From the human T2T-CHM13v2.0 reference genome, Homo sapiens: a DNA stretch of 64,000 bases. The stretch lies in assembly GCF_009914755.1 (NCBI RefSeq), contig NC_060931.1, one strand, 5' to 3'. How positions within the stretch are numbered: the first letter of the stretch is position 1; each line of letters begins with the position of its first letter. The notes beneath the pieces are model-generated. The model had not been told where the DNA came from and made no database searches. It was given only the letters and a program-made list of their open reading frames with translations. Below, one piece after another: positions 47,375 through 64,000 of the stretch. The position numbers were made by a program, and so were the translations under genes.

Positions 47375-48583
47375 TCAGCATGAAAATCTAGCATGGATGT
47401 AGAACCCTTTAGAAACATCTGTATTTATAACGATTCCAATTAAAAAATTTTTTCTCTGAAGAGTGAATTAGAAAAATGCTGTCAAATGGTTAGATTTACA
47501 AGATAAAATCTATAGAATAAAAAGATAAAAACACATAGTTCAGGTAGCACACCTATTCTTTTAACTGAAAGTATTATTTCCTACAAAGATAAGGAATTCA
47601 CTAATTCCTCTCTTAAATCATAAAGGAATTCAGTGTGTTTAAGACATGAAGCTAGGCTTAATTCAAATAATCTACTCAAAATTTAAAATAGAAAAAGATA
47701 TTTGCCATCAAATCAGTCTATATTTTGATGAGAAGGTTTCCTTTTCAAATTGAAAAAGTTTGAATACTCCAGCCTACGAAGTTACCATAATCTGTTGAGG
47801 GTAGGGGTGGAGGGTGGGGCTTAAACACCAGACTCCCATTCCCTACATATTTGATCTTCATTTTTAGTTTTCCATAGCAACCCTAGAAAAGCAGGGCATT
47901 CTTAGTTTTTTGCTAAGTGGATCATTCATACCAACACAGTTAATAGCAAAACCAAGATAAAATACATTCAATTCTCAATCTGAATCTCAACATAAAACTT
48001 AATTTTCACCCGTAACAGTCACTATAAAAAAAAAGCGAACATAATTTTGAAAAACTTGTAAGCACACAAAAACATTTATGTTCTTTGATCTCCTAAATGT
48101 AATTCTAGGAGTCTCTCTTAAAGTGACAATCCCAAGAAAGAAAGCAATGCGCATCACACTATTTGCATGCTGCATTACTCAAGATCAAAAAACAAGTAAA
48201 AATTCCTTCTCCACCACAAGTGTCTCAAACTTTTAGGTCCACTATAGGAGAATAGTTAAATGACAGTGTGTAATAATGAAAAAATATCTAGGTAGGAGGA
48301 GGCTGAAGTAAAAAAAAACCCTAAATATTACAGAAGTGGAAAAAAAGCAGAATACATAATTTTACATACCGGAGAATTACAAATATGATAAAAACATTAA
48401 AAAATAGTAGCCACCAAGTAAAGGGAAAAAATACACAAAAATATTAACAGTGGTTGGGTGAACATGCTGATACTATTATAAATACCTTATTTTCTAAATT
48501 ATTTTTAACACTTATTCTTATGATAGGCAAACAAAAACACATAAATCCAGTAATGGAAACTGAAAAAAACAAAATAAATCTAA

Positions 48584-48895
48584 GGGTCAGGCACAGTAGC
48601 TCGTGTCTGTAAACCCAGCACTTTGGGAAGCTGAGGCAGGGGGATCACTTGAACCCAGGACTTCAAGACCAGCCTGGGCAAAAAAGTGAGACCCCATCTC
48701 TACAAAAAATTAAAAAAATTAGCTGGGTGTGGTGGTTCAGGCCTAGTCCCAGCTACTTGGGAGGCTGAGCTGGGAGGAGCACTTGAGCCCTGGGAGATCA
48801 AAGCTGCAGTGAGACGTGACTGTGCCACTGCACTACAGCCTGGGTGACAGAGTAAGACCCTGTGTCAGTCAATCAACAGTAAATAAATAAATGAA
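48584..48895 (+). mobile_element. AluJ abutting a TMEM209 splice donor
   Basis: Diverged Alu; tail ends ~15 nt from the donor at 48916. Confidence 0.85.
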
Positions 48896-48907
48896 TGAAA
48901 GAATCTA

Positions 48908-49036
<129 letters not shown>

Positions 49037-49520
49037 TTAAAAGCTAAGAGTATGCAAAAAAGAAAAGAAAAAAAAAGCTAAGGGAATATAATAAGGGAAG
49101 CAAATCATTTAAAAAACTTGATCAAAACACCCAAACCTAAAGAAATAAAAGATATAAAAAGACAAAAGTTAAACATGTCCCTGAAGACATCAGATAAATC
49201 CAAAATGTGGGATTTTAGATTTATCTGACTACTATTTTGGCTTCTTAAAAAAAGAGTTGATGGGTAGGGAAAATTTGAATATGGACAATATATTAAATAT
49301 CAGAAAACTATTATTTTTTAAAGGTATAATTGTATTATGGTTAGGAGAATGTTCTTACTTTTAGGAGAATGCATGCTAAAAAGTAATGTCTGCAATGTAC
49401 TTTCAAATGGCACAACAAGAAAAAAAAGTGTGTGTGTATATATATGTGGAAAGAAAGAATCAAATATGTCAAAAGGTTTCTAACTATCCAATCTAGAACA
49501 AGACAGTGTTCACTGTATTC

Positions 49521-49825
49521 TTTTTTTTTTTTTTTGAGACAGAGTCTCGCTCTGTCACCCAGGCTGGAGCGCAGTAGTGTGATCTCGGCTCACTGCAAGC
49601 TCCGCCTCCCGGGTTCCCACCATTCTCCTGCCTCAGCCTCCTGAGTAGCTGGGACTACAGGTGCCTGCCACCACGCCCAGCTAATTTTTTTTTTTTTTTG
49701 TATTTTTAGCAGAGATGGGGTTTCACCGTGTTAGCCAGGATGGTCTCGATCTCCTGACCTTGTGATCCATCTGCCTGGGCCTCCCAAAGTGCTGGGATTA
49801 CAGGCGTGAGCCACCGTGCCCAGCC
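49521..49825 (-). mobile_element. AluY (antisense), TSD cactgtattcttt
   Basis: Reverse Alu; flanking direct repeat. Confidence 0.88.
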
Positions 49826-50272
49826 CACTGTATTCTTTAAAGCTTTTTTGTATATTTGATATAAAACCTTTATATACTTTGTATATATGTGTACATACAC
49901 AGACACTTTCTCTTTTTGGATGTACAAATACCCTGCTAACTACAAGGCAATCTTGCCAAAAAACTCAAACATGAATTTATGGGAAAGAGAAGGGGTTATG
50001 TAAAACTACACCATAGGGATGCATTCAGCAAAACCCACACTATGGGAACCACTAAAGACAAACAATCCAGTTCTTCTGACAAATAAATTGCAAAGGAAAA
50101 AAAAAGGTGAATGGGAAGCATATAGCTTAAAATAAACTGAAATAACCAATTGCAATGTATTACAATATTTGAATCCCAATTCAAACAAACATTGCCAAAA
50201 AATTATGCATTTTTATGAGATAGCTGGAAATTTGAACACAGACTTAATATCTCATAACACAGGAAATATTAG

Positions 50273-50941
<669 letters not shown>

Positions 50942-51797
50942 GCAGGGGGTCGCGGGAGGCTTATCTTTTAGTGATATACAAAGAAATATTTACAGATGAA
51001 CTGATAATGACATGAGGGCTTGCTTCAAACAATACAGGAAGAAAGTGGACGGGGTATGGATAGGGCAAGGTCTGGCCAGGGACTAGTGATTGTTGAGGCT
51101 GGGTGATGTGTACAAGAGGAGTGTGTATACTATTTTTTCTAGTTTTGTGTATGTTTAAAATTCTCCTTATATAAAATGTTTTAAAAAGTCATGAAAAATG
51201 TTTATTCCTGAATCCTGCTCTAACCTTAGGGGAAAGGGAGAACACTATAATATTTTCAAATTAAGATTTATGATCAATTTGAATACTATTTCTAAAACTT
51301 GTCTTAGTGATGAGAATCTTTTAAAAAGTTTATCCAAATTTTAAAAAATTCTAACGTTATGAATTGCTCTGTAAGTAGAGAGGCACAGAGGGTGTATGGG
51401 GGTGTCAGGGAGCCTACATTTCCTGATTCTCAAGTCAGTCTCCTCAGGAGAGCACATCTTCCACCAAATAATAAGAATATCACAGAAATATAAGGAAGAA
51501 ACTTATTAAATAGGAATTATAAAAATTAAGAGAAATAAGGCTCAGCACACCGGAACTATAAAGAATGTCATAATGGCACCCATTCTTATGAGTCTAAAAG
51601 TAGGAAATGAGTGAAATAGTCACTGGAGCCCATTTAGCTCATATTTAAGTTTCCTACACAAAATAAAGTTATTAAGCTATAATTAATACGTATTTATAAG
51701 ACATGTTATACTTTTAATTAAAAGTTTTTCCTTGTTAATCTTCACTGATAAAATTCCAGCATAGTAAAAAAGCTCTTATTTTTTTCTCTTCAAATCA

Positions 51798-51965
<168 letters not shown>

Positions 51966-52169
51966 CTAAAAGTGAGTTTCCAAAAGAACTTAAAATGCTC
52001 TTCTCATGTGTTCATACAGCTGGTTCCTCACTACCTTCAGGTCTTCATACAAGTCAATGACGTCTCCCCTGACGACCCTACCTCAAATTTCACCCCTCCT
52101 CTCTAAACATTAATAACATTACCCTCCTGTGCTTTTTTCCTCCTTAGCACTAACCACTGTCCAATGTAC

Positions 52170-52491
52170 TTTTTTTCTTCTTCTCTTTTTGTTTTTTGAG
52201 ACAGTGTCTTGCTCTGTCACCCACGCTGGAGTATAGCGGCACAATCACCACTCACTGCAGCCTCAATCGAATGGGCTCAAGCAATCCTCCTCCCACCTCA
52301 GCCTCCTAAGCAGCTGGGACTACAGGCACATGCCACCACACCTGGTTCACTTTTTTTCTTTTTTTCTATTTAGTAGAGACAAGGTCTCACTATATTGCCT
52401 AGGCTGGTCTCAAACTCCTGGGTTCAAGCAATCCACCAACGCTGGACTCCCCAAGTGTTGAGATCACAGGTGTTAGCCATCGTGCCTGGCC
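52170..52491 (-). mobile_element. AluJ (antisense) inside an L2 fragment (~51990-52650)
   Basis: Reverse Alu; L2 3' motif ctagaatgaaagcttaatgaaggcaggg. Confidence 0.8.
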
Positions 52492-53099
52492 CAAAGTACT
52501 TTATCTTTTTTATTGTCTATCTCATTTACTAGAATGAAAGCTTAATGAAGGCAGGGACTTTGGCCATTTTGCTCACTGCTGTATCCCCCAGTGCCCAGAA
52601 TAGTATTAACACCTGGAACAGACTAGGCACTCAATGTCGAAGGAATAAATGAAAGAAAGCATTTTAATTTGCACGATCTACATTACCTAGAACCATTCCC
52701 AGCAAGATAGCCAGATTTACACATGCAACACCCCCTCCTCCCCTTCCCCAGAGAAGCAGCCAAATCGATTTTGGCAAATCTATAAACAACTAATATACAG
52801 AAAATTTGTATAAGACATGTATAAAAAGACACACAATTGTTTTCAAAATAAGTTGAATTAGAAGTTGCCCATTATGCCAGGACAAGCAGAAGCTTTTTAT
52901 GGTAGTGATTTCTTTTATCATATCCTGCAAGATAACTATGCATAGAAATGTAAAAAGCAATTAAAAATTTCAAAATATCCAACTGTACTAGCAATATCCA
53001 ATGTTAGGAAAAACATTCCTATATGTGTCATGGTTGCTAGAGTACAAACTGGTAAAAGCTTTTTGGAGAGATGTGTATCTTCTAAGCCTTGAAATATAT

Positions 53100-53385
53100 C
53101 CAGATGCATTGGCTCATGTCTGTAATCCTAGCACTTTGGGAGGCCAAAGTGGAGGGAGTGCTTGAGCTCAGGAGTACAAGACCAACCTGGACACCCCATC
53201 TCTACAAAAATACAAAAATCAGCCAGGTGTGGTGGTGTGTGCCTGTAGTCCCAGCTACTTGGATGCGGCTGAGGTGAGAGGATCTCTTGAGCCCAGGAGG
53301 CTGAGGCTGTAGTGAGCCATAATAGCACCACTGCATTCCCTCTTGGGCAAAAGAGCGAGACTCTGTCTAGAAAACAATAACAAAA
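53100..53385 (+). mobile_element. AluJ
   Basis: Diverged Alu. Confidence 0.8.
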
Positions 53386-53679
53386 ATCTTAAAATATTCA
53401 CACCTACTGACACACAAGTCTACTTCTAAGAAATTATCCTAAAGAAATAATTACAAATGTATACAAAGATTTAGGTAAGAGGATATGCACCGTAGCATTA
53501 TTGGTAAAGGTAATTACTTAATAACTAAGTTATAGTATATATATTTTAGGCAATTTATATGGCACCCTAAAATTTTACCTTTAGCAGATAAGAGAGTTGA
53601 AAATAGGTGATGGAAAATTACTATTATTACATAGTCTTTATGCTTTATACAACTTTGTGATTAATATCTGCTAAGAGTC

Positions 53680-54890
<1,211 letters not shown>

Positions 54891-55021
54891 AAATCAAACT
54901 AGATTATAGACATTTGGGGTTTTTCACCCCAAGGTAACAAAATAAGTTAAGCCGTCCATTACAAGAAGTTTTCCACTTGGTAGATTTACTAATAGAAATC
55001 CAACACTGGGCTCTGTTTTCA

Positions 55022-55123
<102 letters not shown>

Positions 55124-55307
55124 CTAGAAGAAATAAGGTACAGATTTTGGATACATAATTCCCAAGTAGCTGTCAAATAATTACTTTCTTTTTTACAAGC
55201 AACTCTAAGAATTTTTTTTACTATCTTATAGTTGAATATTAAAAGAATCATAAAGTATAGTGAAAGAGAATGAAAGTAATAGCTACCCGAAATCAAGAGA
55301 TGGTTAA

Positions 55308-55664
<357 letters not shown>

Positions 55665-57497
55665 TAACATGTTTTTATTTTTTTTCCTGAAAAAAAAATA
55701 TAAAACTTTTAGCTATATGTTAAATTTTTCTTAAAATTTTCTGATTATTATGTTTAGCTAAAAGGATAATCTTCAGTTTACATTTGTAGGGTAACTATTC
55801 ACACATTTATTAATGTAGTGTTTATATTGGTTTGCAATCAGTAAGATAGTTTTTCAAACTAACATAACTGCCTAACTCTCAGCAGGCTCACCCAATTCCC
55901 TAACCATGTGGAAAAACAGAGACTTATTACATTTGAAACTGGCTTTTGAATATTACAATATTACTTTAGGACTGGGACTTTCAAATGCCTTTTCCATGGC
56001 TAATATAAAACTAATGCTGGGATGTGAAAAGACTAAGGATACATCCCATCTGGTTTGTGTGTTATTATTTTGTGTATGTGTTTGTAGCAACTTCAATTAC
56101 CACTTCTGTTTCCATGCTTTTGTTTATCCATAAAATAAAAGGATGAAAAAATGTTTCCAATGAAATACAATATTATAAACAACTGAAACAAAAACCTTCT
56201 GGGAACTTAAAAGATTTCTTGTAATCCATGTAAGGAAGCAAATTTTGATATACTGGCAAGACTTGAACTGAATTCACATGAAGCTATTTATAGGCTTTAT
56301 CCCACTGAGTGTGACTATTCATATGTTTTTCTGCAGAAGTATTAATGTGGTTGATTACTGAGTGTTAACTAGACTCTGGTGTTATAAATTATACGGTACA
56401 GGTATACATGTATTGCTTAAAAAAATCCAAAAACTCTAAATTTTATAGCACATGGTCACCTAGGGACTTCAGATGAGGAAATGTATTTGTATTTCTTCTA
56501 AGTAGCTAATACTCTGTCTGACTAAGACTTCATATTTTAAACATGTTAGCATTTTTAGACTAGCCTATAACAGAAACTACAACAAACTCCAGTTTCAGGA
56601 GATGATTTGACTCATTCATCCTTCCAACATTTACTACATGCATCTTAATTTGCCAGCTGTGACAAATGGTACAAAAGAGTACAGCTGTACTCTTTGGCTG
56701 TAACAAAATTACCTAACGTGTCCCAGAGAGAGGTCTAGGCCCCACCCTTATAAATTCTAATTGAGTAAGTCTAGGATTGGGTTCAGGAATTATCCATAAA
56801 ATGCCATCCAGGTTTCTGTTTCAATAAAGTAGGCTACCATTTTTTGCCCCTCTATTTTGATGCCCTATTTAAATAAGAGTAAAAGGATAAAAAATGAGCA
56901 CAAGTGATTTCAAAATAGTTCTAGAAGATGCAGAGTGGATGGATGAATGTTGAAGGATGAAACAACAGAAGTAGTAGCCCCTTCAGAGCTAAGTGGAGCT
57001 CCGTATAGTGGAAGGGGAAGTCCATATGCCTAACAGAACCCAGAACACACAGGTACTAGAGAAGGTGGGAGGAAGACGTGGAGTTGGAAATAGGGAACTC
57101 ACTCACTCTGTATATGGAAAAGTTGGCCCAAGATTAGAGGGTTCTTCTCTAGAAAAACAGAAATCATAATCTACTTTGAAATAGCTTCAAGCATATGTTG
57201 TCTTATCTCTCTAACTCTTTAAGTTTTCTGAGGGCAAGGACCTCATTTTTGTTTCCCCTCACAATTCTAGGTAAATAAAAGGCTCCAATAGAAAAGCTCT
57301 TTGGAAAATAAAACTGAGAACTGAAAAGGGAGGATCTCAATAACTAAACATATTATTCCTTTATCTTCTCAAAACATAACAATTCACTAAATATGGAGGA
57401 AGAAAAAAATCTCATGAAAATAAATACCATATAGTAACAGTCATGTTTATCCTTATATATGTACCATTCATACTGTACCTTTATAACTAATATTCTA

Positions 57498-57659
<162 letters not shown>

Positions 57660-57898
57660 CTATAAAAATTCATGTTTAAAATGAACAATCAGTGAGGAAA
57701 AATCTTGATAGAAATCATCATTCTTTCTCCCATCCTAAAAAATATTTAATGAACTTTGAAAAAAAATTTCCCAAACATCAATATTCATCTAATTAATATT
57801 CAGTAATTTTCTTATTACTCACTTATAAATGCTGTTCACACACAGATTTATCTTTAAAAGTTCCTTACATTGGTATGTGTAAAGAACATTTTTCTTGC

Positions 57899-58192
57899 TT
57901 TTTTTTTTTTTTTGAGATGGAGTCTCTATCTGTTGTCCAGGCTGGAACACAGTGACGCAATCTTAGCTCACTGCAACCTCTGCCTCCCAGGTTCAAGCAA
58001 TCCTCCCGCCTCAGCCTCCTGAGTAGCTGGGACCACAGGCACATGCCACCATGCTGGGCTAATTTTTGTAACTTTAGTAGAGACAGGGTTTCACCATGTT
58101 GGCCAGATGGTCTCAATCTCCTGACCTCGTGATCCACCCGCCTCTGCCTCCCAAAGTGCTGGGATTACAGGCGTGAGCCACTGTGCCCAGCC
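57899..58192 (-). mobile_element. AluS (antisense)
   Basis: Reverse Alu; catttttcttgctttt TSD. Confidence 0.9.
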
Positions 58193-58582
58193 CATTTTTC
58201 TTGCTTTTAAGAACAAAATAAAAATTCCATATTTGGTATTAAAGTGACGAAATTACTGACAAATATTCTAATCCAAATATATTTTAAAAGCAAGACTTCT
58301 GTATGTGTTAAGTACAATTATATACCTGAGAGCCTTTTTATAATCAATGTAAAAATATGTTTCAGGCAGGGCGCTAAGGTGAACTGTGTGTCACAGAGTA
58401 AAATGTATGATATAATTTAGTTTTTAGTTTTAGGCACACAAAGTAAGACAGGAGCTTTCCCACTGCCTAATGTGTGCCAGATTTACATTTCTGTCCAACA
58501 GAATGGAAGATTACAGAAAAAATGTTCCAGAAGTAGAAGACTTTCTAACAATGCATAAATCATAAATATTAAGTCACTTTTA

Positions 58583-58861
<279 letters not shown>

Positions 58862-60175
58862 TCAGAAGACCAACCCTCAAGGAGATTCTCTTCTCCCCAA
58901 CATAATTTTCTCTTTAGAGATCACAGTCTGCTTGTGATTAAAAATTTTAAATAGTATTTTCTGAGCCATATCAATTTAACAGTCATAAAAACAATAAGCA
59001 GTCAAAGGCATCTGTCTAGTTCTGTTGAAAAGTTAAGCTCGTTTCATTCTCTAAGACTTTTAAATCATTTAGTAAGAAACAAACAAAAGACAAATTTCTT
59101 TAGGAAATAAATAGGCCAAGCAAGTTCTTTATTTGAAATTTCTAGAAGCTCTTTCTAAAAGGGATAACTATAGCCTCCTACTAAAAGATTACTCTCCTGG
59201 TAACAAGCTAAACTTATTTGTCCCTGTACTTCACTGTGTTTTACTTAACAGCCTGTGGTAATTCCTGAGTTGTACTAAAAGACTATCTGATGGTTATCCT
59301 TCTAAATTTATAAATTTACTTTTAAGAAATGTAAAAAAAAGTTCTATTTAGGAATGTACTCCTACAGAGGCCTCTGAACCAGGATATTAATCACACTTCC
59401 GGGTTATAGTTTTTGTCTGTTTTCCCAAATAGAATTTGAGCTCCTTGAAAGCAGGGAGCATTTTTTTTCCCTAGCATCTAGCATAGCGCCTGAATAAATA
59501 AGCAAGTTTTTGACAACAATTATATGGTATTTATGAAGGGCTTATATTTTCGGAGTTTAACTGATATAAAAAATATCAATTGGTACTTTATACCCTCAAA
59601 CAAAACTTATAAATAGAAACAATTTTTTTTAATCTTAGCAGAATTCTAAAAGGAATGACTAGAAAATAATAAAACTCATTTTCCTTATGCTTACGGGTAC
59701 AAAGAATTAGGAATCATCAAACGGGTATGTAGCAATATAATTCATCAAAATTTTGATGGTTAGCTAGTTTTGTTAGCGTTGGTGAATGTTTCATGCTGGC
59801 ATAAAAAGTTATATACAGTAAAGAAACATCACACTGTATGAAATTCTGGCAAAACTGACTTTAGGAATGAATTAATGTCAAGAAAAGCAGTTGTCAACCA
59901 ACATAAATGATTTAATAAATAGAGAACAGAAATGGAAAGTAAAAACATGGTCATAACAGAGCATAAAGTTATCCTATTTGATTAATCATTGCGATTATTA
60001 ACTTTAAGAAACGTAAGTTTTCTATGAAAAAACTTGTATTTGAGTAAAATTTCATTGAGGACTGGCTTTAGACAATGAATAGAAATAGGAAGTTCTAGTA
60101 CCTCTGGGCATTAGTCAAAGCAAAGAAAAAATGTACATAGCAAGTAATGACAAAATAGGGCCTTTCCATGATGAA

Positions 60176-60210
60176 CACCACCATCACCACCACCACCACC
60201 ACCACAACAA
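60176..60210. repeat. (CAC)n trinucleotide microsatellite
   Basis: caccaccatcaccaccaccaccaccaccacaacaac. Confidence 0.85.
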
Positions 60211-60362
60211 CAGCACACAATCTATAGCTGGAGAACCTCAAAGACCTAAGAGTCAAAGCACATGGAGATTTGGAAATCTGGGCAACACAGGAAACCAGAC
60301 AACCTAAAACATCTCCCACTATAAATATCTAAAAACATTTATTAAATAAAATACATTCTTTA

Positions 60363-60723
<361 letters not shown>

Positions 60724-61717
60724 CTATGAATAGCCAGTGGTTAAAAATGAAAAGAGAATTAAAAATCTAAATAGCCTGTAAGAGGCTGCTGTGGCGTGGC
60801 TGCTCTAGAGAATTTTGTAGGCCTTGAGAAATCTATCAGCTTGGATTCATTGCCCAAGTGGGAAACGGAGATAAGGATTTGGGCCCTTAAGAGGCAGAGA
60901 GTTGGGCTGACACCTTTCTCCTACCCCTAGTCCCTGGTCCTGGTAGAGGACCAGGAATCTCAAAGGGCCACATTCAGAGTAGATAAGAAAAAAATCTGTT
61001 CAATGGGACCAGGAGATAATGAAAGCTTGTCTGTCATAGGTTGTTGGGAGACTTAAAAAAAAAAAAAAAGAAAAACAACACCCTGAGATTTAAAAATTAT
61101 AGATATATCTTCACATGGGTTTAGAGTGCCCATTTATATTACCTGTGAGGTCCAGGAATCTCCAAGCTTAGAAATTACTTAAGTTAGCTCAAAGTCAATA
61201 ATACTCCTAAGGCACCTGACAGAGGCAAATACAAAACAGCTAGGAAGAGACAAGGCTTCCATCCAGCCAAGATAAGCTTACCAGAAACAAACAGAAATTA
61301 CATCAATCACAAGGAAATAAGACTGCAGTCCTAACAACCAACAAGACAAAAATGGTCAGTATTTAACCTCCAAGAACTTTAGATAATTGAACTATTGGAC
61401 AAATAACATTTAAAAAGTGTGTTTAAGCAACTGAGATAGAAAAAGGAACTGAAAACATAAGAATAAAAAATATTCTACAAAAACCTGGCATAATTGAAAA
61501 GGACCAAATAAAACTATAAAATGAGAACAAGTGGCTGAAATTAAAAAACTCAATGAATTAGTTAAATAACAGTTTAGACATTACTAAAGAAAGAGCTGAT
61601 GAGTCCACAGTGACTAAACCAAAAAAGCTGGGGTGGGGGTAAAACAGAATGCTCCTCTTTAGAGAAGAATGCCAAACTATGAAGTGTAGAAATAAATAAT
61701 TAGAAAATCTTCACTTT

Positions 61718-62042
<325 letters not shown>

Positions 62043-62556
62043 TTATCAAGGACAAGGATCATCAACAGATGCTAAAATCACTGGGTAAAAGGCTGTTAAG
62101 GAAACAGGACATAAAGGGAAAATCATGAAGAAATCCAGTTGCTATCAACTTAACCAAGTGATCCTATTTTATTATATATTACCGACAAAGAGACAAAGCA
62201 GCATCACGTATCTCCTGATGTGATACACTGAAAAGGACATGCCACCACCCATGTTGTATTCTTGCCAGAAAATAATATTTAAACGGAATCTAACAGTAAC
62301 AAAATGATCAAACAAATCTGAATTTTCAAAACAACAGCCTCATCTCTTCAAAATGTAAATGTCATAAAAGAAAACAAAACAAAAAATCCCACAAAACCCA
62401 CACTATCCAAATGGTTTCGATTTAAGGAGACAACAGAAGCACAAGTAAATGCAATATGTGATACCTGATTGGATCCTGCATCAATAAAAGAAAAAAAAAG
62501 CACTACAAGGGTCAGTATTGGGTCAACTGGGGAAATGTGAATATGAACACCCATAG

Positions 62557-62891
<335 letters not shown>

Positions 62892-63593
62892 CATATTGTA
62901 GTTATAAAGGAAGATGTCTTGGTCTTAGGAGATGCATGTGAAATATTCAGGAATGAAGTGGAATGATGCCTGCAACTTCCTTTCAAATGATTCAGCAAAA
63001 AAGTGTGCATGAGAGAGAGAATATGAGGGCCTGGTTTTTCACTACTGGAGAAAGTTACAAATACGAAAAGTGGGGAGGACAGAATAAACTGTATAGCTGG
63101 ACTGGAACTAGAAGTAACATTATAAACTCATGGTTTTTTAAAAACATAGAATAACACATATAGATGTGTGTGTGTACATATATCTGTGTATATGTCCATA
63201 CAAATATTTCCTAGAGGACCTGGAGTAATGATACCTCAATAATAACAGTGTGCCCAGTGCCCAGATAATAATTTCTAAGTATCATTCTCCATTAAAAGGA
63301 ATCAGGGCTCTTAGAGAAACAGACTGACTCTGGAGCTAGCCAGGGAAAACACAAAATGAGCCTGACCTATTTTGTGGTGCTAGAAAGGTGGCGCGGGCAG
63401 GGGGATTAGCTCAAAGAATGATAGTGTCATGTCAAAAGAACAGAGAAGTCAGCTTACAGAGGATCCCACTAGCCCAATCTGAGACAATCAAATCGTCAAC
63501 ATAAGTGAATGATTAGGGAGAAGAAACCTTTATCTTACAGAATACCAACAAATAAATGTAAAAGGCAGCTGCACAATAATGTAAATGTACTTA

Positions 63594-63930
<337 letters not shown>

Positions 63931-64000
63931 AGGCTAATATTGTAAATTTTATGTATACTGTATTACAGTAAAAAAAAAAAAGGAAAAATGTTAAAGGAAT

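Overview
Human (primate) genomic DNA, recognised from the translated exons as the KLHDC10-TMEM209 interval (recalled as 7q32.2). The left end holds the last three coding exons and an ~5 kb Alu-free 3' UTR of KLHDC10 (+ strand). The right end holds the last nine coding exons and 3' UTR of TMEM209 (- strand), so the two genes converge. All exon boundaries were reconstructed by hand: they use GT-AG sites and their phases are consistent. The window is very Alu-dense (about 45 copies or fragments) and also contains MLT1 LTRs, MER3, MER5, MER33 and Tigger4a DNA transposons, L1M/L2/MIR fragments and a 1.2 kb CA-rich simple repeat. The ~29 kb between the genes is not inert. It has an orphan CpG island with a near-perfect RFX X-box, a CTCF motif and a homeobox-motif-rich AT island. 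It also has a chain of splice-site-flanked, partly phase-compatible, stop-poor segments on the - strand (~36 kb to ~16 kb) ending at an AATAAA, which could be a decayed or unannotated multi-exon gene; this is inference and no family was recognised. Other oddities are an ~170 bp segment duplicated between the TMEM209 last intron and its 3' UTR, possible alternative TMEM209 C-termini, and a 42-bp displaced copy of the CA-repeat edge. Repeat coordinates and subfamily names are by-eye approximations.
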